DNA of 60,920 bases, taken from Candidatus Poseidoniaceae archaeon (GTDB taxonomy: Archaea; Thermoplasmatota; Poseidoniia; Poseidoniales; Poseidoniaceae). The notes below the pieces were generated by a model, which saw only the letters and a program-made list of their open reading frames with translations, made no database searches and was not told the DNA's origin. The translations under genes were made by a program, and so were the position numbers. Positions 9,368 through 18,197 of the stretch are shown in pieces (within the stretch, counting starts at the first letter, position 1; each line of letters opens with the position of its first letter). The stretch is from the NCBI GenBank assembly GCA_030750665.1, contig JASMHR010000001.1:1-60920 (forward strand), read 5' to 3'.

Positions 9368-9931
9368 ATGAAGGGTAATCGCTCGCTGACGGCAGCGGTG
9401 GTCCTGCTGTTCATTTCCAGTAGTATTGCGGGATGTATTTCCTTGGTTCCAGCACGTGAAATGATGGAGTCATTGAGAACTCTTCCCGTGGTAGAAGAAA
9501 CTGCTGACAAGGTTAACATCAGCCATGTTTTTGATTCCTTTGATATTTCTCAGACATTATCTCCACACACGGCTGATCGAGTGATCAAGATGGATGACAG
9601 CGTCACTGATATGCAGATATATTTCAGAGCCACGATGCCAACCAGTGGTTGGACCAGTGATATATCCAATCAGGTCAGATATGTGGATGCCAAGTTACTG
9701 CGTCCTGATGGCAGTGTATATTGGGAAGCGTATGTCACTGAGTCCAAATCTCCAGTCAATAATTTCGCCGAAGGCCCGTTTGAAGAAGGGGAATGGAAAT
9801 TAGAGGTTGAAGCCAGAGGTATCGGTATCGATGTCGGAGGGGTTGCCATCAAGGATGATTTCGTGGTCATTGTGACCCTGACTAGAAAATGTGTGAAATA
9901 TCCAGCAGAAAACGAATGTGTAATTGAATGA
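9368..9931 (+). CDS. Putative lipoprotein
   Basis: Hydrophobic N-terminus ending in the lipobox IAGC, followed by a beta-rich domain (EEGEWKLEVEA). Confidence 0.65.
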   Translation: MKGNRSLTAAVVLLFISSSIAGCISLVPAREMMESLRTLPVVEETADKVNISHVFDSFDISQTLSPHTADRVIKMDDSVTDMQIYFRATMPTSGWTSDISNQVRYVDAKLLRPDGSVYWEAYVTESKSPVNNFAEGPFEEGEWKLEVEARGIGIDVGGVAIKDDFVVIVTLTRKCVKYPAENECVIE

Positions 9932-9961
9932 ACCCATGAAAATCAGGATTCATCTAGGTAT

Positions 9962-11167
9962 TCAAACCAGAGATTCTGAACAACCGTGTCTGCGCGAACA
10001 ATTCTTGCATTTTCCATCTCTTTGATGATTTCTTTTTGCCCCACCTTCAGCCATCAGCCGTTGGACTTCTCCGAGTTGTTTCAGAAGTAATTTTTTGTGG
10101 TTATCATTCCAATCCACTTGATGAAGATCCGCCTCTCCATATCTTAGGACTCCAAATGGGGGTTCGTGCTTTGTCACTATCTTGACTAGATGGATATATG
10201 CCAGTAGTTGCACCTTGTGAGAGAGGTGAGGATGGTGTGGAATCTTCCCTGTTTTTTGCTCCATAGGAATGAATTCACCATCGACGATGACTATCTGATC
10301 GGGTCGACCCCGCAATCCAGTTTTGTTGTCAACAAGTAGGTCCGCAGCCTTTGAATCATCGCTATATGCAATCTCAGTATCCTTATCTAAACCAGTCTGA
10401 TGGCGCGCTTCTTCCATGTCATTGTCTGCTATCAAAGCCCGCTGTAGTCGCCATGATGCCATCAATGTCCAGAGCATAGCAGCCGAAAGAAGAATGAATC
10501 CGGCATGTGTAGTATCTGAGACGTTCCATAGTGCTGCAGCGTGTAGGCTCAAGAGAATGGCGCCGAGCCCAAAGGCGGCTTCGACACGCCCTCCTACAAG
10601 CCACCCTCCCATGAACTCCGGTTTCTGGAACAGTGCAGATAATTCCGAATCCTCAATACCACCTTTGCTGAATTCTGCTTCTGCAGCGGTTGGCCATTTC
10701 AACCAATTTCGCCATGGAATGATGGTGCTAATCAACATAGCCACTAGCCACACTACTGCCAACATTGCGAGGTATCGTGCTATTGTTTCTGGAGTCATCT
10801 GTCCGGCAATGAGATACCATGCCGCAGCATCGATAAGCAATGCAACAATAATTCCAAACCACCAACCCCAAACAGTCAATTCTCTGATGACGGTGACTCT
10901 TGCCTTCTCATATTTCGCCATCTGGTCATGTATCAGGGCATGAGATTCCACCCCCTTGAAAACAGCAGCGCCTTCTCCTTCAACGCCCTTTCTTGCAAGA
11001 TGCCAAGATAGCGGACAGTAGGCATGTCTTTCGAGATCTGATGCTGAAACGTGCAATGCTTCACCTCCAGCATCGCGCCAGATTCCATCATCGCCACGAG
11101 TGGCTTCAATCAGTTCTGGTTGAGTCAGTAAGACCACCCGGAAAATTGGGTGGATTGGCGCGACCAT
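9962..11167 (-). CDS. Solo Cas4-like (RecB/PD-(D/E)XK, Fe-S) nuclease with about four inserted TM helices
   Basis: SASDL...AYCP, G...H, GLRGRPD, EQKTG, QLLAY and C-terminal CKNCSRRHGC; hydrophobic helices lie between the first Cys and the nuclease core. Confidence 0.8.
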   Translation of the reverse strand: MVAPIHPIFRVVLLTQPELIEATRGDDGIWRDAGGEALHVSASDLERHAYCPLSWHLARKGVEGEGAAVFKGVESHALIHDQMAKYEKARVTVIRELTVWGWWFGIIVALLIDAAAWYLIAGQMTPETIARYLAMLAVVWLVAMLISTIIPWRNWLKWPTAAEAEFSKGGIEDSELSALFQKPEFMGGWLVGGRVEAAFGLGAILLSLHAAALWNVSDTTHAGFILLSAAMLWTLMASWRLQRALIADNDMEEARHQTGLDKDTEIAYSDDSKAADLLVDNKTGLRGRPDQIVIVDGEFIPMEQKTGKIPHHPHLSHKVQLLAYIHLVKIVTKHEPPFGVLRYGEADLHQVDWNDNHKKLLLKQLGEVQRLMAEGGAKRNHQRDGKCKNCSRRHGCSESLV

Positions 11168-11301
11168 TGAATCTTGTGGAGTCTTCTCTTTGCAACCGAG
11201 TAGTTGAGTGCGAATGTACCACTGCGCCGTGAATCCTTTGTTTGACGGGCGAAGCGGTTATCAATGGGAGGCAAGTGGGCCAGCCGCTTGAGGCATGAAT
11301 C

Positions 11302-11907
11302 ATGAGTGAGGGAGCCACATTAGTGTCTGAGGAGACCTATGAGTTGTACGCTGTTCATATCGGTACTCAGCAGAAGTCAGCAGACATGAAGCAGTTCATT
11401 TCACATGTGCGTAGCGATGGATTGTATCTGCTCGATCTTGAGGTCACTGATGGGCGCATCCGTACCGTCGCCACTTTCCTGAATCGATATGATACTCAGC
11501 GCATCATGGTAGTGAGCGCCCGTCAATATGGACAGCGCCCAGCCCGCAAGTTTGCTGAGGCCATTGGGGCCATCAGTGCGGTTGGACGTTTCATCCCAGG
11601 TAGTTTGACAAATCCAATTCTTCCTTCCTATAGGGAGCCTGCTGTTCTCTTCGTGACCGATCCTGCAGCCGACCAGCAAGCACTCAGTGAAGCAGTCAAC
11701 AGTGGTCTGCCAATCGTTGGAATCTGCGATGCCAATAACAATCTTCGAAATGTCGATCTTGCCTTACCGGCCAATAACAAGGGTCGTCGAAGTCTTGCAT
11801 TGCTCTACTGGTTGCTTGCGAGAGAAGTTCTCAAGCAGCGTGGCACCATGGATGATGAGACTTGGGCCGAGATGAACCCTCTGGAAGATTGGGAATCAAC
11901 CTTCTGA
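11302..11907 (+). CDS. rps2: 30S ribosomal protein S2 (uS2), archaeal type
   Basis: VHIGTQQKSADM, R.DGLY, GRFIPGSLTNP, VTDP..D.QA and PANNKGRRSLAL.YWLLARE motifs. Confidence 0.97.
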   Translation: MSEGATLVSEETYELYAVHIGTQQKSADMKQFISHVRSDGLYLLDLEVTDGRIRTVATFLNRYDTQRIMVVSARQYGQRPARKFAEAIGAISAVGRFIPGSLTNPILPSYREPAVLFVTDPAADQQALSEAVNSGLPIVGICDANNNLRNVDLALPANNKGRRSLALLYWLLAREVLKQRGTMDDETWAEMNPLEDWESTF

Positions 11908-12861
11908 GTATTCACTACCCTCACTCAACCATTTGCTGATATCAGCAGCCATTTTCTCAGGGTCTTTTTCCTTGGAAAGAATTCCCCGTGCATGTTTTGC
12001 TCCTTCCAAGCCCTTTGTGAATGCGACAGCATGCCTATTCAGCCATTTTCGTTGTAGGCCAGTGGTTTCTTTTGCAATAGTCACGTATCGGTTCCAGCAC
12101 CATGATCTGATGGCGAATGGTTCAGTAGTACGTCCCCATGGAGGTGGTGATGAATTCCAATTCAGATTTCTTTTGATTTCATGAAACACCATCGGCCTTC
12201 CAATCGCACCGCGCCCAATCATCAATCCTGCGGCTCCAGTTACATCCAAGCAGGCTTGTGCACTTCCAGCATCAACAATATCTCCATTTGCGAATACTGG
12301 GATGTCGACTTCTTCGACAACTTGTCGAATAGTGTTCCAATCGGCTTTACCATCATATTTCTGCTTCAAGGTTCTACCATGCACGCATAGCCGAAATACT
12401 CCGCTTTCTTCCAACCGAGGGGCGAGTTCGACGATGTTGTTGGCGAGATAGCCAGTTCCCATTCGTAATTTGGCAGAGATTGGAACATCAGAAGCGTCGA
12501 TACAAGCATCGACGATTGCAACCAGTTCTTCTGGTTCCCCCATCAGTGCAGCACCAGCACAATTACGTGTCACCTTTGGGGCTGGGCAGCCGAAATTAAG
12601 GTCGATGAGGTCCGCCTTGTCCTGTAGCATTTTGACCGTTTGTACCATTTCATCTTTGTCGCCTCCAAAGATTTGCGGGATGAATGGTCTTTCTCGAGGG
12701 TCAGATTCTACCTTCAGCCAACTGTTTGCAACATCTCTAGAAAGCCCAGCGCTGGAGGTGAATTCTGTTATGGTAACATCAGCCCCACATTCCTTTGCAA
12801 GTAGACGGAATGGAAGGTCAGAGACCCCTGCCATCGGTGCTAGAGCAAGTGGGACCGCCAT
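11896..12861 (-). CDS. tRNA-dihydrouridine synthase (DusB-like)
   Basis: LAPMAGVSD.PFR, QIFG, DLNFGCP, GAALM, VHGRT, NGDI and MIGRGA.GRP motifs. Start trimmed to the ATG at 12861. Confidence 0.93.
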   Translation of the reverse strand: MAVPLALAPMAGVSDLPFRLLAKECGADVTITEFTSSAGLSRDVANSWLKVESDPRERPFIPQIFGGDKDEMVQTVKMLQDKADLIDLNFGCPAPKVTRNCAGAALMGEPEELVAIVDACIDASDVPISAKLRMGTGYLANNIVELAPRLEESGVFRLCVHGRTLKQKYDGKADWNTIRQVVEEVDIPVFANGDIVDAGSAQACLDVTGAAGLMIGRGAIGRPMVFHEIKRNLNWNSSPPPWGRTTEPFAIRSWCWNRYVTIAKETTGLQRKWLNRHAVAFTKGLEGAKHARGILSKEKDPEKMAADISKWLSEGSEYSEG

Positions 12862-12886
12862 GTTCAGCCGCTGGTGAACCCCTGTT

Positions 12887-14002
12887 TCAGGACATCGCCT
12901 GTTCCAGCATTTCTGCAACACGTTTGGTCCTGCGCAGAATCCTGTCGAGCCTTGACATGACTTTAGCAGAAGTAGCGCCAGGGTCATTTCCAATCATTCG
13001 ATGTCCTAGAGGGAGTCGCCCACCCAATAGATTGAGTAACAACATCTGTTCCTTTGGTTCTACTTTGGCAAGTTCTTTTTCAACCATCTCAGGAGTCAAC
13101 TTTCCTTTTGCAAGGGCTTTGGTCAGGTTTTCTATTGATCTATCTGGGACGATGCGGTTAAATCCACCTTTGAGTAGAATCCAATCTTCTCCTCGACGCT
13201 TATGTTGCGTCATCATAGCAGTCCAGAGATTGGCAGCCAATCTGTCGGTTCGAGGAACACGTTCCACGATGCCAGCAGTCCTCAGGCGTTCTAGAATACG
13301 ACTGATTCGAGCCTTTGGTCCTTTCAATTCCGAAGCCGCTTCGTCGAGAGACAATGGTGGCCCTCTGCTCAATAATAACTGTAGGACTTTGACTGGAAGA
13401 GAGTCACCTGCAAGATTTGGGCCTGGTCTGTCGCCCATCAATCCTAGATCAGCCATCCAGAGGCTGAGTTCATTGATACCATCCACCGGCGGTAGTGGCC
13501 TTGGTTCACAAATCCAGATACGGAAGTCCGATTCGCGGTCAGAACTCCCAATGTCGTTCTTCATCGACACATCATCTGGGCGTTGCCACCATCCTTCTAG
13601 TCTGGATAATTGTAATTTCAGAATCTGGGATGCCTCATTGGATAGAAGTTCCACTGCAGCAACGATTGACCCTCCACGGAGGAAATGCCGTCGCCAGCCA
13701 TCTCCTTCAGAACGGCTTGACAATAGTCGACAGGCAGCAAGGCGAGAGATATGATGATGCAATGATGCTGCAGTCAACCCCATTTCGTCAGCCAAGGTAG
13801 CAGCATCCACACCTTCTTTCGGCCGTGCCAGAAGATGTTCTCTCAGGAGCCTGACAACGGGCTGCATCCTGTCGCCATCAGCATGTTCTTCTCCGCGTCG
13901 ACGCACAAGTCCGAAAGTAGCGACCAACCAATCGATTAGTTGGTCAGCATCGTCACGAGTTGTTGGTAGAGGGTGCTCCTCCAACCTCACTTCAAACATC
14001 AA
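12887..14002 (-). CDS. Transcription regulator with two tandem winged-HTH modules
   Basis: LADEMGLTAASLHHHISRL and LDEAASELKGPKARISRILERLRTAGIVER helix-turn-helix segments. Confidence 0.7.
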   Translation of the reverse strand: MMFEVRLEEHPLPTTRDDADQLIDWLVATFGLVRRRGEEHADGDRMQPVVRLLREHLLARPKEGVDAATLADEMGLTAASLHHHISRLAACRLLSSRSEGDGWRRHFLRGGSIVAAVELLSNEASQILKLQLSRLEGWWQRPDDVSMKNDIGSSDRESDFRIWICEPRPLPPVDGINELSLWMADLGLMGDRPGPNLAGDSLPVKVLQLLLSRGPPLSLDEAASELKGPKARISRILERLRTAGIVERVPRTDRLAANLWTAMMTQHKRRGEDWILLKGGFNRIVPDRSIENLTKALAKGKLTPEMVEKELAKVEPKEQMLLLNLLGGRLPLGHRMIGNDPGATSAKVMSRLDRILRRTKRVAEMLEQAMS

Positions 14003-14075
14003 AAGGCCAGCGATTGCCGGCCCACCTTGAACATGTTGTCATGAGAGGACTAATAATTGACGATTCACACAATAC

Positions 14076-14735
14076 TCAGCGCGACCGTTCATCTTCCCAC
14101 TCATATTCAATGTCGGGTTTTTCTGCAGATTTTTCTTCTACTAGATGAGGTGCCAATGATAGTTTGTCGTGTCGTAGAATTCCTCTTCGTCGTAATACCT
14201 TGATGGCACTATGGACAGTAGCGCGAGTGCGGCCTAGACTACGAGCAAGAGCGGCTTGAGATTTGGGCGCTTCACCTTTCTTGAGTTCCTCGACAATCAG
14301 TCTTTGGACAAGAGAAAGCCCAACGGGCAGTCGCTTCGCAGCTTCTTCAGAATCTACCATGACCCCCCCTAGAATCTCTACTTGAGCAGGTCCTCCAGCG
14401 AAGTAGCAGGTTCGGCCGTTGACAGAAACAGCAGTGATAGTCATCTGTGATTGTAGTACATCGAGGTGATGCCGTAGTGTTCCATTTGCAGCATTGAGGG
14501 CTTTCTGCAATTCACGATAACATAGCCCTGGACTGTCTTCCAAGGTCAGGATGATACGTCTACGCATTGGGTGCTCATAGGCCAGAACGTGCGTTGAAAG
14601 AGTACCTCTAGCGCCCCATGTCCAAGGCATTGCTGCATTGGCCAGTCCAACTGCTCCACCGACTAGACCGGTTAGACCAGCCGTCAACCACGGCCGCTGT
14701 CGCATCCATTGCTGGAGCAGTGCCATAGCAACCAC
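14076..14735 (-). CDS. Double winged-HTH regulator (ArsR/MarR-like) with hydrophobic N-terminus
   Basis: HPMRRRI...L...PG....EL...L....GTLRHHL..L, and a second HTH SQAALARSLGRTRATVHSAIKVLRRRG. Confidence 0.7.
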   Translation of the reverse strand: MVAMALLQQWMRQRPWLTAGLTGLVGGAVGLANAAMPWTWGARGTLSTHVLAYEHPMRRRIILTLEDSPGLCYRELQKALNAANGTLRHHLDVLQSQMTITAVSVNGRTCYFAGGPAQVEILGGVMVDSEEAAKRLPVGLSLVQRLIVEELKKGEAPKSQAALARSLGRTRATVHSAIKVLRRRGILRHDKLSLAPHLVEEKSAEKPDIEYEWEDERSR

Positions 14736-14773
14736 TCAACAATCATCCCAATTCAAACTGCCGCTTACAGGAT

Positions 14774-15235
14774 TCATTCATCGCTGACCACCACAGACCC
14801 AGTATGGACCTTGAGGTGAGCGACAAGCGGGGATAGCAACCGCCCACAGGTCTTACCGTGATCAGTGAGGATGTATTCAACTCTGATGGGGGGCCCATCA
14901 TCGACTTCTCTGAGTACTAGGTTCTCATCGGTTAGAAATCGAAGTTTATCTGATAGGGTTCTGCTTGAGATTCCTGCTAACAGGTGTTTGAGTTGATTGA
15001 AACGTTTTCCACCGGTGATATACAGAGCCGCAAGAATTTCGATTGTCCATCGACTTCCGAATACATGCAAGGCCTCGACTGCAGCCTGCACCTCCCATTT
15101 TTCATCCCAAGGAGCGATGCCAGAGAAACCGGATAGAATATTTCGGATATGGCCACCATTAGCGATTGTTGCTGCAATATGTGTCTCGACATCGTTGAGA
15201 CTTTCTTTTGGTAGTTTCATAGCAGGTTCAGGCAT
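14774..15235 (-). CDS. HxlR-family transcription regulator
   Basis: RW..EIL..L, RFNQL...L.GISSRTLS.KLR.L and P.RVEY.LT..G motifs. Confidence 0.9.
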   Translation of the reverse strand: MPEPAMKLPKESLNDVETHIAATIANGGHIRNILSGFSGIAPWDEKWEVQAAVEALHVFGSRWTIEILAALYITGGKRFNQLKHLLAGISSRTLSDKLRFLTDENLVLREVDDGPPIRVEYILTDHGKTCGRLLSPLVAHLKVHTGSVVVSDE

Positions 15236-15307
15236 TTCATCACCAGCGCATCAGGTTGTCATCCGCACTCTTGGTGTGGAGGTTGCACTAGATGAGTTCT
15301 TCTGTGT

Positions 15308-17365
15308 TCAAGAATCAGTGAAATTTGGCCTTCGATTCTCTATCAAGGCACTCAATCCTTCCAATGCATCATTGGTCCCGAAAATCACTTCCAACCCATC
15401 AAGTTCGGCTTTTAGACCTGAAACAAGTGCTTCTTCTGACTTGTCGATAAGGTCACTTGCCATTCTCAGGGCTATAGGGGCAGTTCTGCTCAATGCCCGA
15501 ATCTGCCTCATCACATTCTTGTCCTCTGCATCAAAACCTTCAGGACAACTTCCAGAAAGAAGGTTCTGGAGATTGCTATCAGCAAAGAAATTCTCAGCGA
15601 ATTCAACCACCTTGCTGGATGGATTTGCGGGCTTTCCGGGGTATTTATTGTCAGGTTTTCCAAGTGTGGTGATCAATGATGAGACCTCTGAAGGCTCTAC
15701 TAGGTGGGTGACCAGACCCAAATCTGAAGCAGTTCTTGCATCCATGAAGTTTCCAGCCAATACCGCCCAACGTGCAGCAGGAATTCCACAGATACGTGCA
15801 GGTCTTTGTGTCCCTCCAAGCCCAGGATAGATTCCAATACTGGTCTCTGGGAAACGGAATTGTGTTCTTCGAGTGCCGATGCGATGGTCACAAGCCAATG
15901 CCAGTTCCAACCCGCCTCCAAGTGCCAGTCCTGTTGTCAGGGCGATGGTGGTCTTTGGAGAATTCTCCAATTTACTCAACACTTTGTGTCCTCGTGCTGT
16001 GAATTCATAGATTTCATCGAAGGAATCAGCGCGAATCTTGTCAACGAAGAATTTCACATCTGCTCCAGCAACGAATGCTTTACCTGCACCCTCAAGAACG
16101 ATGGTTTTGACAGAATCATCATTGTTCAGAGCCTCTAGAAGAGTATCGAGTTGTTCTACCAAGTCCTCGTTGAGAGCATTCATCGCTTCTGGTCTGTTGA
16201 GTTGCACAGTAGCGATACCGTTGGAGATATTGGCATCCACGTGGCTGAATATGAAATTCTTACCACTGGCAACCTGTTCAGCAAGAAGAGATGGAAGTGT
16301 GAAGCCCGCTGAATCTGAATATGACTGTGCCATCTCAAAAGCTCGTTCAAGCCCTAGTCGATTGGCTAGTTCGAATGGACCTTCAGCCCATCTCAAGCCG
16401 ACCTTAGCGCCGCGGTCCACGTCTTCCATTGAGCAGACTCCTTCATCGACTATCTGGCAAGCGACTGCGAACACTTGGCCAAGCAAACGGTTGCTGATCG
16501 TCTTGGCTGCTTCATCAGAACACTCGCCATCTCCTTCGATATCCCACATTCTTCCTTCTGCAACCAAGTTGCGCAGGTTTTCAGCACCTGTGTAGCGAGG
16601 GCATTCCAGTTGTTCAGCGAGATAATCGGTCGAATGGAGAGCAATAGGAGGACCGGTGAGATTCATCAGTGCGAATGGCCCCATCCCGATTCTGAATGCA
16701 TCACAAGCAACAGCATCTATTTGAGCGGTACTTGCAACACCTTCCTCGAGTAGTCTGCAGGCTTCATTCAACCAAGGCACGAAGAATCGATTGACAACGA
16801 ATCCGGGGCGGTCTTTGCAGATGATAACGACTTTTCCAGAGGTCTTGCAGTATTGCTCAACCTTGGCTAATGATTCAGCACTGGTGGAAGATGCGGGAAT
16901 TATCTCAATCAATCTGTTCTTGGCTGGATGATAGAAGAAATGCAGACCGACGAAACGGTCAGGTCGACCGGTTGATTCTGCCAGTGCATCAACACTCAAT
17001 GATGAAGTGTTTGAAGCGAAGATGGTATGGTCTTCGCAGACTTCATTCAAGGTTGAGAATACGGCACTTTTGATATCGAAGTCTTCGAATACCGCCTCAA
17101 TGCAAAGGTCTGTTGAGGGCTCAACATTTTCCACTCCAACCACTCCAGTGATATTTGCTAGAATATCGTTGACTTGTGATTCTGAGAATATTCGACGTTC
17201 GACTGCCTCAGAGAGGAAATCAGCGATGATTCCTTGCCCCCGTTCCACCCATTGCTCTTCACGGTCCACCATCTGGACCTTGAATTGCTCTTGTGCAGAT
17301 TTCTGTGCAATTCCGGAACCCATGTTTCCAGCCCCTATCACTGCAACATTATCGATGGGTTCCAT
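15308..17365 (-). CDS. 3-hydroxyacyl-CoA dehydrogenase / enoyl-CoA hydratase fusion (FadB-like)
   Basis: GAGNMGSGIA, EAVFE, SNTSSL, GLHFF, PGFVVNR; C-terminal crotonase domain with LNRPEAMNAL, FVAGAD, ALGGGLELALACD and PGLGGTQR. Confidence 0.93.
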   Translation of the reverse strand: MEPIDNVAVIGAGNMGSGIAQKSAQEQFKVQMVDREEQWVERGQGIIADFLSEAVERRIFSESQVNDILANITGVVGVENVEPSTDLCIEAVFEDFDIKSAVFSTLNEVCEDHTIFASNTSSLSVDALAESTGRPDRFVGLHFFYHPAKNRLIEIIPASSTSAESLAKVEQYCKTSGKVVIICKDRPGFVVNRFFVPWLNEACRLLEEGVASTAQIDAVACDAFRIGMGPFALMNLTGPPIALHSTDYLAEQLECPRYTGAENLRNLVAEGRMWDIEGDGECSDEAAKTISNRLLGQVFAVACQIVDEGVCSMEDVDRGAKVGLRWAEGPFELANRLGLERAFEMAQSYSDSAGFTLPSLLAEQVASGKNFIFSHVDANISNGIATVQLNRPEAMNALNEDLVEQLDTLLEALNNDDSVKTIVLEGAGKAFVAGADVKFFVDKIRADSFDEIYEFTARGHKVLSKLENSPKTTIALTTGLALGGGLELALACDHRIGTRRTQFRFPETSIGIYPGLGGTQRPARICGIPAARWAVLAGNFMDARTASDLGLVTHLVEPSEVSSLITTLGKPDNKYPGKPANPSSKVVEFAENFFADSNLQNLLSGSCPEGFDAEDKNVMRQIRALSRTAPIALRMASDLIDKSEEALVSGLKAELDGLEVIFGTNDALEGLSALIENRRPNFTDS

Positions 17366-17468
17366 GGGCTGGCGACTGGCGGCCCATTGATGAATACGAC
17401 GCTTCTTGGATTAGCGGAGAGCACGTAAAAACTGAAAGGATAATTATCATCTGCTTCTCGGCCGACCT

Positions 17469-18197
17469 ATGACCATTCCAACATTGCTTGAAGTCACTCA
17501 ACTTCAGCGTGGCTTCGGAAGTGGTTCAGAGCGCCTTGAAGTGCTTAAAGGAATAGATATGGAGATTGTTCAAGGTGAACTGGTTGCATTGATGGGCCCA
17601 TCTGGTTGTGGAAAGTCAACACTCCTGAATATCATTGGAGGCCTTCTTGAAGGTGATTCTGGAGATATTCGGCTTGGAGAGATGTCATTTGGAACAGAGA
17701 AGCCAGCCCAGTTGGTTCAATTGAGGAGAGAAGGAGTAGGCTGGATCTTCCAGGATTTTCATTTATTGGCTCATCTGACAGCGCTGGATAATGTTGCTTT
17801 GGCATTGGAATTAGCAGGATTGGAAGCAGACGAAGCGGACCAACAGGCCAAGGAAGCATTGATCCGCGTTGGCCTTGAAGATAGAATAGACCATATTCCT
17901 GACCAGTTGTCTGGTGGACAGCAACAACGTGTTGCAATAGCTAGAGCGATTGCAGGTAATCGGAAGATGTTGTTGGCAGATGAACCTACAGGGAATCTGG
18001 ATATCGCTACTGGGGAAGATATCCTTCAATTGTTCAAAGAATTATGTCATCGCGAAGATGACCCATTATCCATTCTGATGGTTACTCATGATCCGAATTT
18101 GGCATCACAGGCAGATCGTATGCTTCTTCTCAAGGACGGAACAGTTGCAGCATCTGATATTCGCAGTGCATGGGGAATTGGAGGTGAGGAGGAATGA
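17469..18197 (+). CDS. ABC transporter ATP-binding protein (LolD/MacB family)
   Basis: [32 protein letters not shown] and VTHD motifs. Confidence 0.95.
   Translation: MTIPTLLEVTQLQRGFGSGSERLEVLKGIDMEIVQGELVALMGPSGCGKSTLLNIIGGLLEGDSGDIRLGEMSFGTEKPAQLVQLRREGVGWIFQDFHLLAHLTALDNVALALELAGLEADEADQQAKEALIRVGLEDRIDHIPDQLSGGQQQRVAIARAIAGNRKMLLADEPTGNLDIATGEDILQLFKELCHREDDPLSILMVTHDPNLASQADRMLLLKDGTVAASDIRSAWGIGGEEE

Noticed and set aside
9962..11167. CRISPR-Cas locus suggested by the Cas4-like gene
   Set aside because: No repeat-spacer array and no cas1, cas2 or effector genes anywhere in the window.
12795..13754. 319-aa + strand ORF, and similar long antisense ORFs (14997-15830, 19372-20052, 20359-21090, 57862-58599)
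   Set aside because: Ser/Pro/Arg-rich shadow ORFs opposite genes with clear motifs.
17386..17436. Possible C/D-box sRNA (TGATGA...CTGA) between fadB and the ABC ATPase
   Set aside because: No convincing C'/D' boxes or terminal stem, and the TGATGA is explained as the reverse-strand promoter box of fadB.
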